Source of the DNA: Chloroflexota bacterium
Lineage (GTDB): Bacteria > Chloroflexota > Limnocylindria > P2-11E
NCBI GenBank assembly: GCA_016194865.1
Contig: JACQAT010000005.1
Location: 12,358 to 76,357 of the forward strand
Direction of reading: 5' to 3'
DNA length: 64,000 bases
Part shown: positions 29,205 to 38,493 of the stretch, in pieces
Numbering within the stretch: position 1 is the stretch's first letter
How the letters are laid out: each line of letters starts with the position of its first letter
Position numbers and translations under genes: made by a program
Notes under the pieces: model-generated
Database searches by the model: none
Told to the model about the DNA's origin: nothing
The model's input: the letters and a program-made list of their open reading frames with translations, nothing else

Positions 29205-30548
29205 CTATTGGTTGTCCTTCAGGATCCGGTTCGCCTTGTCGCCCGCGACCTTGATGGCGTCCTCGGGGGTCGCCTTCTGCGTCGTGATCTTGGTCATCAT
29301 CTCGAGGATCACGTCGCGGATGTCCTGCTGGCCACGGACGTTCGGCTCCGGCGCCGACACGCCGATCATGTCGAAGGCCTGCTTGCTCTGGGGATTCTTC
29401 GCCCAGAAGTCCTTCACGACCTGCTTGTCCGCCGCGGTCTTGCGGACCGGCATGTAGTACGAGGTCGTCGCCCACGACGCGGTCTGATCCGTCTCGCTGA
29501 ACCACTTCACGAAGAGCCACGACGCGAGCTGCTTCTCGGGGGTCGTCTTGAGGACCGCGACATTCGCGCCGAACTGCACCGTCTTCGCCTTGGCCGGATC
29601 GGCCTGCGGGAAGTTGACGACGCTCCAATTGATCGGCGTCTTGAACGCCGCCTTCACGAACGGGAGCGAGGAGGTGCTCGACATGTAGTACCCGACCCGG
29701 CTCGCCGCGAAGTCATCCTGTCCGGTGAACCCGGGTGGTACGTACGCGGAGCCGTCCTTGACCAGGCGGTCGACCATCTTGAGGGTGTCGAGCCCCTCCT
29801 TGCCGTTCCAGGCGACGGTCTTGTTGTCATCCGCCATCAGCTTGCCGCCGCGCGAGTACACCATCGCGTCGAAGTACGACGCGTCGGTCGGCACCGCCCA
29901 GCCGTAGCGGGTGACCTTGCCGTCGGGTCCCTTCTTCGCGAGAGCCTTCACGTTCGCCTCGAAGTCCTCCCACGTCTTTGCCGGCTGCTTGCCGATCTCT
30001 TTCAGGAGGTCGTCGTTCTGGTAGGTCACCGCGAGCGACTTGGTGAACGGCCATGAGAGGAGCTGGTTGTTGAACTGCTTGAAGCGGTTCGTGTCGTAGT
30101 AGCCCTGGTAGATGTCGTCCTGGCCGGCCTTGTCGAGGCCGTACTTCTTGCTCTGGACGTAGGGGTCGAGGTTCAGCACGACGTCGGCCTTCATGTAATC
30201 GGCGACGTTGCTCTCGTAGGCGTGGATCAGGTCGGGAAGGGCGCCGGCCTGGATCGCGCCGAGGGCCTTCTGTCCGAGCTGGGTGTAGTTGCCCTGGACG
30301 AGGCCCGTGACGGTGATGCCCCTCTCCTTGCCGACGGTGTCGTTGAACTGCTTGATCGCGTTCTCGAGCGCCGACTTCTGCGGGTCACCCGTCAGCGCGT
30401 GCCACAGGGTGATCGACACCGGCGCCTTGAGCTCGACGCTGTCGATCGCGTTCGCCTCGGCCGTGGTGCCGCCGCCGCTCGGGCTACCGCCGCCGCATGC
30501 CGCGGCGACAAACAGGATGCTCGAGAAGATCGCCGCTTTCAGTCGCAT
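29205..30548 (-). CDS. Carbohydrate (UgpB-like) ABC transporter substrate-binding lipoprotein
   Basis: Lipobox AAAC, ITLWH, AKTWEDF, PEKQLASWLFVKWF; GGGAGG RBS. Confidence 0.9.
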   Translation of the reverse strand: MRLKAAIFSSILFVAAACGGGSPSGGGTTAEANAIDSVELKAPVSITLWHALTGDPQKSALENAIKQFNDTVGKERGITVTGLVQGNYTQLGQKALGAIQAGALPDLIHAYESNVADYMKADVVLNLDPYVQSKKYGLDKAGQDDIYQGYYDTNRFKQFNNQLLSWPFTKSLAVTYQNDDLLKEIGKQPAKTWEDFEANVKALAKKGPDGKVTRYGWAVPTDASYFDAMVYSRGGKLMADDNKTVAWNGKEGLDTLKMVDRLVKDGSAYVPPGFTGQDDFAASRVGYYMSSTSSLPFVKAAFKTPINWSVVNFPQADPAKAKTVQFGANVAVLKTTPEKQLASWLFVKWFSETDQTASWATTSYYMPVRKTAADKQVVKDFWAKNPQSKQAFDMIGVSAPEPNVRGQQDIRDVILEMMTKITTQKATPEDAIKVAGDKANRILKDNQ

Positions 30549-30599
30549 CTGTCCCTCCCTGTGCTTCGCGCTGCGCCTACCAGTTCGTACGTGCGAGCC

Positions 30600-31451
30600 T
30601 CATCCCCGGATACCTGTACGCGCCACCCCCTGGATCAGCTGCCGCTGCGCCACGAGATACAGCAGCACGATCGGCGCGACCACGAAGGTCGCCGCCGCCA
30701 GGAGCAGATGGTAGATGGAGTTGCCCTCCGAACGGAAGGAGTTCAGGCCCACCTGGATCGGCCGTACCTCGGGGCGGTTCGTCATGATCAACGGCCAGAG
30801 GAACGAGTTCCACGAGCCGAGGAACGTGATCAGTGCGACGGTCACGAGGGCCGGCACCGAGAGCGGGAGCACCACACTCCAGAGGAAGCGCAGGTGGCCG
30901 GCCCCGTCGATGCGCGCCGCGTCGGCGAGCTCGCTCGGGATCGACAGGAAGAACTGGCGCAGCAGGAAGATCGAGAAGGCGGTGGCGAGGAACGGGATGA
31001 TCTGCACGGCGAGCGTGTCGACCAATCCGAGGTAGCGACGGCTCATGAGCAGGTAGTTCGGGATGAGGGTGGCCTCGCTCGGGATCATCAGCGTGGCGAG
31101 GAGCAGGGTGAAGATGACCGCCTTGCCCCTGAACTGCATCCGGGCGAACGCGTAGGCCGCGAGCACGGCTGTCACGATCTCGCCGAGCGTGACCGTGACG
31201 GCGATGATGATCGTGTTCAGGAAGAACGTGCCCCAGGGCTCTTTGCTCCAGGCCTCCGCGTAATTCTCCGGGTGGAGCGTCGTCGGGAAGAAGGTCGGCG
31301 GCGTCTCGATCGCCTCGAAGAATTCCTTGAGGCCGGTCGTCACCATGTAATAGAAGGGGTAGGCGACCAGCAGGCCCGTGAGCGCGAGGACGACATGCCG
31401 CACCGGGAAGCGGAAGCGCATCGGGCGCGTCGCCCTGACCGACCCGCTCAC
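30600..31451 (-). CDS. Carbohydrate ABC transporter permease (UgpE/MalG type)
   Basis: LRQFFLSIPSELADAARIDGAG, WNSFLWPL. Confidence 0.92.
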   Translation of the reverse strand: MSGSVRATRPMRFRFPVRHVVLALTGLLVAYPFYYMVTTGLKEFFEAIETPPTFFPTTLHPENYAEAWSKEPWGTFFLNTIIIAVTVTLGEIVTAVLAAYAFARMQFRGKAVIFTLLLATLMIPSEATLIPNYLLMSRRYLGLVDTLAVQIIPFLATAFSIFLLRQFFLSIPSELADAARIDGAGHLRFLWSVVLPLSVPALVTVALITFLGSWNSFLWPLIMTNRPEVRPIQVGLNSFRSEGNSIYHLLLAAATFVVAPIVLLYLVAQRQLIQGVARTGIRG

Positions 31452-32449
31452 GAATAGTGCACACGCCGGCCGAGCACACGGAACTGGATGAGCGTGAACA
31501 GCAGGATGATGAGCGTCAGCAGGAACGCCATCGCCGAACCGAGGCCGAGCTGCGTCTGCTGGAAGAACGTGCGGAAGATGAGCATCGTCGTCGTCCGCGT
31601 CGTGTCAAGCGGACCGCCGTTGGTCATGACGTAGATGGATTCGAAGGCACGCAAGGTACCGATCATGGCGATCGTGAAGACGAAGAAGGTCGTGGGAGAG
31701 AGGAGCGGAAGTGTGATCTTGGTGAAGATCTGCCGCTCGCTCGCGCCGTCGAGGCGCGCCGCCTCGTAGTACTCCGGCGAGATGTTCCCGAGCCCCGCCA
31801 TGAAGATGACGACCTGGAAGCCGAAGAAGTGCCAGATATTGAAGATCGCGACGCCGATGAGCGCCAGGCTCGGGCCCCACGCCCAATCGGGCAGCGTCAC
31901 CCCGGCGGCCGAGAATATCAGCTCGAACAGCCCGTGCGGCTCGTTGAACCAGTGCTGCGGACCGATCCCGACCAGTCCAAGGACCTCGTTCACGATGCCG
32001 AAGTTCGGGTGGAAGATGTAGCTGAAGATCGTGGCCGCCGCGACCAGTGAGGTCACGTAGGGCAGATAGAAGAGCGTGCGGTAAAAGCTGCGGCCGCGGA
32101 TCGGCTTGAACAGCAGGACGGCGACCGTCAGCGCCGCGGCCATCGTGAGCGGGACCGTCAGCAACGCGAAGGTGAACGTCGTGGAGAGCGACCGCCAGAA
32201 CTGCTCCGCGCGAGTGGGATTGGCGAAGAGGATGTCTGCGTAGTTATCGAGGCCACGGAACGCGCCCTGGACCACATCCCAGCGGAAGAGCGAGATATAG
32301 AGGGCGAAGAAGGTAGGGAAGATCTTGAACAGGCCGATGAGGCCGAGCGCCGGGAGCAGGAACAGATACGCCTGCAGATGCTCGATCAGGATGCGGCGTC
32401 GGCGGACCGGGGACATCGCCGGAGCGACCGAAACGACTCCCGCTGCCAC
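31448..32449 (-). CDS. Carbohydrate ABC transporter permease (UgpA/MalF type)
   Basis: YYEAARLDGAS...ITLPLL, MTNGGP. Start placed at GTG 32449 because ATG 32476 overlaps the divergent gene; ATG 32416 is an alternative. Confidence 0.88.
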   Translation of the reverse strand: MAAGVVSVAPAMSPVRRRRILIEHLQAYLFLLPALGLIGLFKIFPTFFALYISLFRWDVVQGAFRGLDNYADILFANPTRAEQFWRSLSTTFTFALLTVPLTMAAALTVAVLLFKPIRGRSFYRTLFYLPYVTSLVAAATIFSYIFHPNFGIVNEVLGLVGIGPQHWFNEPHGLFELIFSAAGVTLPDWAWGPSLALIGVAIFNIWHFFGFQVVIFMAGLGNISPEYYEAARLDGASERQIFTKITLPLLSPTTFFVFTIAMIGTLRAFESIYVMTNGGPLDTTRTTTMLIFRTFFQQTQLGLGSAMAFLLTLIILLFTLIQFRVLGRRVHYS

Positions 32450-32468
32450 CTGCTGCGATGATACGTCC

Positions 32469-32870
32469 GTGCCCATCTACGACTATCGCTGCGACCATTG
32501 CGGCCACGTGTTCTCGCAGGTGCAATCGTTCCACGACGAGGCGCTCGAGAAATGCCCGAGCTGCGGAAAGAAGCCGCGCCGGCTCATCTCGACGCCGGCG
32601 ATCATGTTCAAGGGCTCCGGCTGGTACTCGACGGACACGCGCAAGAAGGGCCCGTCGGAAGGCTCAGACGCGCCGGCCGCCCCGGCCGGTGACGCCAAAG
32701 CACCGGCGAAGGAAGGTGCGGGCGCGACGACGTCGGACGCAAAAACCTCGAATCGCGAGTCGTCAAATGGTGGATCGTCTGGAAAGAGCGAGAAGCCCGC
32801 CGGCGGAAAAACTTCTTCGAAAGACGGGTCGACATCGTCAAAAGGCTCGTCGTCCTCGAAAGAGAGCTGA
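32469..32870 (+). CDS. FmdB family zinc ribbon protein
   Basis: (M)PIYDYRCDHCG...CPSCG...FKGSGWYSTD with a Ser/Lys-rich low-complexity tail. Confidence 0.9.
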   Translation: MPIYDYRCDHCGHVFSQVQSFHDEALEKCPSCGKKPRRLISTPAIMFKGSGWYSTDTRKKGPSEGSDAPAAPAGDAKAPAKEGAGATTSDAKTSNRESSNGGSSGKSEKPAGGKTSSKDGSTSSKGSSSSKES

Positions 32871-32896
32871 TCCTGCGGAGCGCGATCGCCTCCGCC

Positions 32897-33250
32897 ATGC
32901 GCCGGCCGCGCGACATCGGCACCATCCTGTCGGTGACGTCCATCCACGGCGCCCTGGATACGGCGCTGGCCGAGGTGCTCGGCCGCGAGGGAAAGCGGGA
33001 GCTACGCCTCATCCCACGCCGGCCGTCGACGCCGCGGATCACGCGCCGCGCGGCCTTGGTATCGGCCGTGCTGTGGGAGGTCGCGAAGATCGCGTTCGCC
33101 TTCTTCACGAAGACGTTGGACTTCTTCCAGGCGTACGGCGCGCTCGCGCTCGCCGCGGGCCTGCTCACCTGGATCTATCTGACGGCGATCATCATCCTGA
33201 TCGGCGCGGAGGTCATGAAGACGCAGAGAACATCGCGAGCGGTGGCCTGA
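32897..33250 (+). pseudogene. Truncated/internally deleted YihY (virulence factor BrkB) family gene
   Basis: LWEVAKIAFAFF...YGALALAAGLLTWIYLTAIIILIGAEV resembles the YihY C-terminus; only 117 aa are present. Confidence 0.6.
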
Positions 33251-33999
33251 TGGACAGGCTCGAGCAGGCGGCGAGCAGGCTCCTCGAGGGCTGGAGCGCT
33301 CGTCTGTTCCGCGCGAAGCTCCAACCCGTCCAGCTCGCGAAGCGGGTCATCCGCGCGATGGAGTCGCACCAGACGATCTCGCTGGCGAAGACATTCGTGC
33401 CGAACTCGTACGTCATCTCCCTGTCGCCTTCGGACTTCGCGCAGTTCGAGCCGTACCGTCGCAGCCTCGAGCGCGATCTCGGCGAGGCGGTGCTCGGCGC
33501 CGCGCGCGATCGTGGCTTCACGCTGCTCGCGTACCCGAGCGTGGAGCTCGAGCGAGAGGACGACCTGGCGCCGGGCGACGTGCGCGTCGCCTGCGCCCTC
33601 GTCGACGCGACAGGGGAGGAGGTCGATCCCGCGAAGCAGGCCGCGAGGAAGACCGAGACCGGCCACACGATGGTCCTCGACCGCGACACGCTGCTGCGCG
33701 ACCGCCCTCGCGCGCCCAGGGCCGCCCTCGAGCTCGTCGCCGAGCGCCGGCGCCTCGATCTCGGCGTCGACCCGCTGTCGATCGGCCGCGATCCGCAGAA
33801 CGACGTCGTGATCCACGACCGGCGCGTCTCGCGCAAGCACGCCGAGATACGCCTGCGCCTCGGGCGCTTCACGCTCTACGACCTGCAGAGCACCAACGGC
33901 ACGCTGGTCAACGGACGGCGCGTCGCCGAGGTCGTGCTGGCCGACGGCGACAGGATCGCGATCGGGGGCAGCGAGCTCGTCCTCCATCAGGACGGGTAG
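33250..33999 (+). CDS. FhaA-like protein (DUF3662 + FHA domain)
   Basis: LQPVQLAKR, VPNSY.I.LSPSD at the N-terminus; IGR, VSRKHA, STNGT FHA motifs. ATG 33250. Confidence 0.9.
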   Translation: MDRLEQAASRLLEGWSARLFRAKLQPVQLAKRVIRAMESHQTISLAKTFVPNSYVISLSPSDFAQFEPYRRSLERDLGEAVLGAARDRGFTLLAYPSVELEREDDLAPGDVRVACALVDATGEEVDPAKQAARKTETGHTMVLDRDTLLRDRPRAPRAALELVAERRRLDLGVDPLSIGRDPQNDVVIHDRRVSRKHAEIRLRLGRFTLYDLQSTNGTLVNGRRVAEVVLADGDRIAIGGSELVLHQDG

Positions 34000-34011
34000 A
34001 TAGGTAGAGAG

Positions 34012-34449
34012 ATGGAAGTGACCTTCGCCGTCCTGCTGTGGGGCGTGCGCATCGCCTTCCTGGTGCTGCTCTACCTGTTCCTCATCCGCGCGTTCGCCGC
34101 GCTGTGGCGCGCGATGCGCGTCGAGGAGGCGGTCGCCGCGAAGCCCACGGGTCTCGCGTTCCTCGTCGTGCAGAAGAGCCACAGCGGCGGGCCACGCAGC
34201 GGCGCGCGTCTGCCGCTGCGGGCGCTGACGTCCATCGGGCGCGACGCGGGCAACGACGTCGTGGTGAACGACGACGCGGCGTCGTCGAAGCATGCGCTCG
34301 TCAGCTTCCGCGATGGCGAGTGGTGGGTCGAGGACGCCGGCAGCACCAACGGCACGGTCGTGAACGGGACGCGCATCACGGCGGCCGAGCGGCTGCACTA
34401 CGGCGACGAGATCCTCATCGGGCGTGTCGCGATGCGGTTGGAGCAGTGA
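34012..34449 (+). CDS. FhaB-like membrane-anchored FHA domain protein
   Basis: N-terminal TM helix (RIAFLVLLYLFL), IGR, SSKHA, GSTNGT. Confidence 0.9.
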   Translation: MEVTFAVLLWGVRIAFLVLLYLFLIRAFAALWRAMRVEEAVAAKPTGLAFLVVQKSHSGGPRSGARLPLRALTSIGRDAGNDVVVNDDAASSKHALVSFRDGEWWVEDAGSTNGTVVNGTRITAAERLHYGDEILIGRVAMRLEQ

Positions 34450-34553
34450 GCGCGCGGGCTACGCCCGCGCGGGCGAACACCATCAGCCTTGAGCAGGCAT
34501 CGAGCCCCGGAGGCGAATGCCGACGGGGCGAGATGCGAGGACTGGAGCAGTGA
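34439..34553. repeat. About 100-bp palindromic element flanked by 11-bp direct repeats
   Basis: TGGAGCAGTGA at 34439-34449 and 34543-34553. Internal hairpins CGCGGGC-TAC-GCCCGCG and GCATC-GA-GCCCCG...CGGGGC-GA-GATGC. Confidence 0.65.
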
Positions 34554-34560
34554 CGCGCCA

Positions 34561-35853
34561 GTGATCCGCATGCAGCCGCTCCGCCGGTTCGGGGAGCTGC
34601 GCCTGCTGGTGCTCGTGGCGCTGCTGCTCGTCACGGGTTTCGTCGCCGTCGTGGCGACGGAGCTCGCGAGCTTCGCGCCGGTGCAGCCGGTGGTCCCGCT
34701 GCTGTTCATCGCGCTCGCCGTCGCGCTGCACCTGTTCCTCGTCACGATCGGCTTCCGCGGCGACCAGCTCCTGCTGCCGCTCATGCTCGCGCTCACCGCG
34801 ATCGGTCTGATCGAAGTGGAGCGGCTCGCGTCGAACCTGCTCCTGCAGCAGCTGAGCTGGTGCGTCGTGGCGGCCGGCGTGTTCGTCGTCGCGATCCTCG
34901 TGCCACGCGATCTCAGCGTGCTCGCCCGCTACAAGTACACGTGGGCGCTGCTGGGCATCGCGCTCCTGCTCTCGCCGCTCCTTCCGGGGCTTGGCCGTGA
35001 GATCAACGGCGCGCGCATCTGGATCGGCGTCGGCTTCGCGCAGTTCCAGCCCTCCGAGGCCGTGAAGGTCCTGCTCGTCATCTTCTTCGCTTCCTATCTC
35101 GACGAGTACCGCGAGGTGCTGACGATGAAGCGGCTCGGCCCGCTTCCGCTTCCGCCGGTGCCCTACCTGCTGCCGATCATCCTCATGTGGGGCATGGCGA
35201 TGGTCGTCATGGTGTTCGAGAAGGACCTCGGCGCGACGCTGATCTTCTTCGGCATCTTCCTCGCGATGCTCTACCTCGCGACCGGACAGACCTCGTACAC
35301 GCTGCTCGGCGCGTTGCTGCTGTTCGGCGGCGCGTACCTCGCGTACCGCTCGTTCGGGCATGTCGCGGTGCGCGTCGATACCTGGCTCGAGCCCTTCGCG
35401 GGTGACACGCGCTTCTCGAGCGGCTACCAGCTGGTGCAGGGGCTGTTCGCGCTGGGCAACGCCGGGCTGCTCGGCGCCGGGCTCGGTGGCGGCCTCCCGG
35501 AGCGCATCCCTGTCGTCTGGAGCGACTTCGTATTCGACGCGTTCACCGAGGAGACCGGCTTCCTCGGCGGCGCGGCGCTCCTCGCGCTCTATCTCGTGCT
35601 CGTCTTCCGCGGGATGATCATCGCGCTGCGCGCGCCGACGACGTTCCTGCAGCTGCTCGCCGGCGGCCTGTCGTTCATCATCGCGTTCCAGACGCTCGTC
35701 ATCGTGGGCGGTAACGCGCGCCTGATCCCGCTCACCGGCGTGACGCTGCCGTTCATCGCGTATGGCGGCAGCTCGCTCGTCGCGAACTTCCTCATCGTCG
35801 CCCTTCTCCTCCGCGTGAGCGACGTGACCGCGCGCGTGCGGGGCCCGGCATGA
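34561..35853 (+). CDS. SEDS family protein (RodA/FtsW/SpoVE)
   Basis: NGARIWI, QFQPSE, EKDLG, IPLTGVTLPFIAYGGSS. Start is GTG 34561 or ATG 34570. Confidence 0.92.
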   Translation: MIRMQPLRRFGELRLLVLVALLLVTGFVAVVATELASFAPVQPVVPLLFIALAVALHLFLVTIGFRGDQLLLPLMLALTAIGLIEVERLASNLLLQQLSWCVVAAGVFVVAILVPRDLSVLARYKYTWALLGIALLLSPLLPGLGREINGARIWIGVGFAQFQPSEAVKVLLVIFFASYLDEYREVLTMKRLGPLPLPPVPYLLPIILMWGMAMVVMVFEKDLGATLIFFGIFLAMLYLATGQTSYTLLGALLLFGGAYLAYRSFGHVAVRVDTWLEPFAGDTRFSSGYQLVQGLFALGNAGLLGAGLGGGLPERIPVVWSDFVFDAFTEETGFLGGAALLALYLVLVFRGMIIALRAPTTFLQLLAGGLSFIIAFQTLVIVGGNARLIPLTGVTLPFIAYGGSSLVANFLIVALLLRVSDVTARVRGPA

Positions 35854-37295
35854 CGCCGGTCGCCCAGAATCTGCGCGCTCTCACGCTCTCGCTCGCGCTC
35901 GCGTTCCTCGTCGCGTCGCTCGGCGTCGGGTACTGGACGCTCGTCGCGTCCGAAGAGCTCTCGCACGATCCGTTCAATCCGCGCCTCGTCGCGGCGACGC
36001 GCGATCGGCCGCGCGGCAACATCGTCGACGCAAAGGGTCGCGTGCTCGCATCGAGCCAGCCGAGCCCGCAGGGGAGCGCCCAGCGCTTCAGGCGCGTGTA
36101 CGCCGATCGATCGCTCGCGCAGGTCGTGGGCTACGCCTCCTTCACGTTCGGCGTGTCGGGCGCCGAGGGAGCCTATGGCGAGACGCTCGTGGGCCAGGAT
36201 CCCGGCGATCCGGTCGGGCAGTGGCGCGCGCGCTATCTCGGCGAGCACGCCCCGCCGGCCACCGTCGTGCTCGGCATCGACCCCGCCGTGCAGCAGGCCG
36301 CCGCCACGGCGCTCGGCGCGAGGCGCGGCGCGATCGTCGCGCTCGATCCACGGACCGGAGCCATCCTCGCGTCGGTCAGCATGCCCAACTTCGACTCGGG
36401 CCTCGTGTCCGATCCGAGGACGGAGGAGCTGTCGTGGCAGCAGCTCAACGGGAACAAGGAGCGTCCGCTCATCAACCGCGTCACGCAGGGTCTCTATCCG
36501 CCCGGCTCGGTCTTCAAGATCATCACCGGCGCCGCGGCGCTGGAGAGCGGGTTCGATCCGAACGCGAAGGTCCGCGTCGACGACCCGTGGCGCGCCGATC
36601 CCTCGTGGGGCGCCTACGCGGTGCGCTCGGCGGCGAAGGCGCACGGCGACTTCGACATGGCGCGCGCGTACCAGCAATCCGAGAACATCTACTTCGCGAA
36701 GGTCGGGCTGCAGATCGGCGGCGCGAAGATCGCCGAGTACGCGCAGCGGTTCGGCATCGGCAGCACGCCGAAGGTCGACCTGCCGGCCGCTGCGGGACAG
36801 GTCTCGAACAGCCGAGCGCTCGATCGGCCGACGCTGATCGCGGACACGTCGTTCGGCCAGGGCGAGCTGCTCGTGTCGCCGTTGCAGATGTGTCTCCTCG
36901 CGGCCGCGATCGGCCGGAGCGGGGTCATGCCGACGCCGCACTACGCCGTCGAGGTGCGTGACGCGCAGGGGCACGTGGTGCGTTCCATCACACCGGGGCC
37001 ATCGGGTCAGGTCGTGCGACCTGACACGGCGCAGAAGCTGACGCAGCTGCTCGTCGGAGCGGTCGAGGCGCCGGGCGCGTTCGCCTTCGGCGCGAAGATC
37101 CCCGGCGTCAGCGTCGCCGGAAAGACCGGTACCGCGGAGAATCCGGCCGGCTCGCCGCACGGCTGGTTCATCGGCTTCGCGCCCGCGAACGACCCGACGG
37201 TCGCGGTCGCCGTGCTCATCGAGAACGCGACCGAGGGCGGCGTCGACGCGGCCCCGCTCGGCGCGGCTGTGATGCGGGCGGCACTTGGAAAATAG
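35850..37295 (+). CDS. Class B penicillin-binding protein (PbpA-like)
   Basis: YPPGSVFK (SxxK), SEN (SxN), GKTGTAE (KTG); N-terminal TM helix. Confidence 0.92.
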   Translation: MTPVAQNLRALTLSLALAFLVASLGVGYWTLVASEELSHDPFNPRLVAATRDRPRGNIVDAKGRVLASSQPSPQGSAQRFRRVYADRSLAQVVGYASFTFGVSGAEGAYGETLVGQDPGDPVGQWRARYLGEHAPPATVVLGIDPAVQQAAATALGARRGAIVALDPRTGAILASVSMPNFDSGLVSDPRTEELSWQQLNGNKERPLINRVTQGLYPPGSVFKIITGAAALESGFDPNAKVRVDDPWRADPSWGAYAVRSAAKAHGDFDMARAYQQSENIYFAKVGLQIGGAKIAEYAQRFGIGSTPKVDLPAAAGQVSNSRALDRPTLIADTSFGQGELLVSPLQMCLLAAAIGRSGVMPTPHYAVEVRDAQGHVVRSITPGPSGQVVRPDTAQKLTQLLVGAVEAPGAFAFGAKIPGVSVAGKTGTAENPAGSPHGWFIGFAPANDPTVAVAVLIENATEGGVDAAPLGAAVMRAALGK

Positions 37296-37392
37296 CGCGC
37301 CGAGGGAGGGCTCCGCCCGACCGAGGATGGGCCCCCGGTAGCGCGGGGGCAGGGGCCCCCGGCGCGCAGCGCGCCGAAGGCAGCGCAGCGGA
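37296..37392 (+). repeat. GC-rich palindromic intergenic repeat
   Basis: Begins CGCGCCGAGGGAGGGCTCCGCCCGACCGAGGA and shares the GAGGGCT-nn-GCCCGAC module with the 27.7 kb copy. Confidence 0.5.
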
Positions 37393-37529
37393 CGGGGATC
37401 AAATGAACCAAGTGGGGGATTTTCGCGTTCTTTAAGCACATACCCGCCACGCCGGGCGGGTCTGGCCGGTAGGCTATCGGTGGTGGGACAACGCGAAGCG
37501 TGCCGACTCGGATCATTGGGGGGACATTC

Positions 37530-38489
37530 GTGACGGACCTGAGCCAGCGCGCGAAGGCGGTCGTCGACAACGTCGAGCGCGTCATCTTCGGCAAGCACCA
37601 CGAGGTCGAGCTCGCCCTCGTCGCGCTGCTCTGCCGCGGCCACATCCTCGTCGAGGACGTGCCGGGCACGGGCAAGACCGTCCTCTCGAAGGCCCTCGCT
37701 CGCTCGCTCGGCTGCACGTTCCGGCGTATCCAGTTCACGCCGGACCTGCTGCCCTCGGACGTGACGGGCGTGTCCATCTATAACCAGCGCACCCAGGAGT
37801 TCCAGTTCCGGGCCGGCCCGGTCATGAGCCAGATCGTGCTCGCGGACGAGATCAATCGCGCGACGCCGAAGACGCAGTCCGCGCTCCTCGAGGCGATGGA
37901 CGAGCAGCAGGTCACCGTCGACGGCACGACCTATCCGCTGCCCGACCCGTTCCTCGTCCTCGCGACGCAGAACCCGATCGAGTACGAGGGCACGTTCCCG
38001 CTTCCCGAGGCGCAGCTCGACCGCTTCTTCCTCCGCCTCCAGCTCGGCTATCCGAAGGAGCGCGAGGAGGTCGCGATCCTCGACGCGCAGCGCGTGCAGC
38101 ACCCGCTCGAGACGATCTCGCAGGTGCTCAGCGCGGACGAGCTCCTCGACGCGCAGCTCCGCGTGAAGGACATCCACCTCGCCGAGCCCGTGAAGACGTA
38201 CGTCGTCAGCGTCGTCACCGCGACGCGGTCACATCCCGACGTGTACCTCGGCGCATCGCCACGCGGCTCGCTCGCGCTCGCCCGCGCCGCGCAGGCGTAC
38301 GCGGCGATCAACGGACGTGACTACGTCGTGCCCGACGACGTGAAGGCGCTCGCGGGTCCCGCGCTCGCGCATCGCCTCATCCTCCAGCCGCAGGCGCGGC
38401 TCAAGGATCTCGCCGCGACCACCGTCGTCGCCGAGGTGCTCGCCAGCGTTCCCGTGGAGCACGTCACCACCGCAGCAGCGCGCACCTAG
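37530..38489 (+). CDS. MoxR family AAA+ ATPase
   Basis: [50 protein letters not shown]. Confidence 0.95.
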   Translation: MTDLSQRAKAVVDNVERVIFGKHHEVELALVALLCRGHILVEDVPGTGKTVLSKALARSLGCTFRRIQFTPDLLPSDVTGVSIYNQRTQEFQFRAGPVMSQIVLADEINRATPKTQSALLEAMDEQQVTVDGTTYPLPDPFLVLATQNPIEYEGTFPLPEAQLDRFFLRLQLGYPKEREEVAILDAQRVQHPLETISQVLSADELLDAQLRVKDIHLAEPVKTYVVSVVTATRSHPDVYLGASPRGSLALARAAQAYAAINGRDYVVPDDVKALAGPALAHRLILQPQARLKDLAATTVVAEVLASVPVEHVTTAAART

Positions 38490-38493
38490 GGCC

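Noticed and set aside
32458-33249. N-terminal half of the 513-aa ORF as a fusion to FhaA
   Set aside because: It is an off-frame read through fmdB and the YihY remnant; FhaA starts at ATG 33250.
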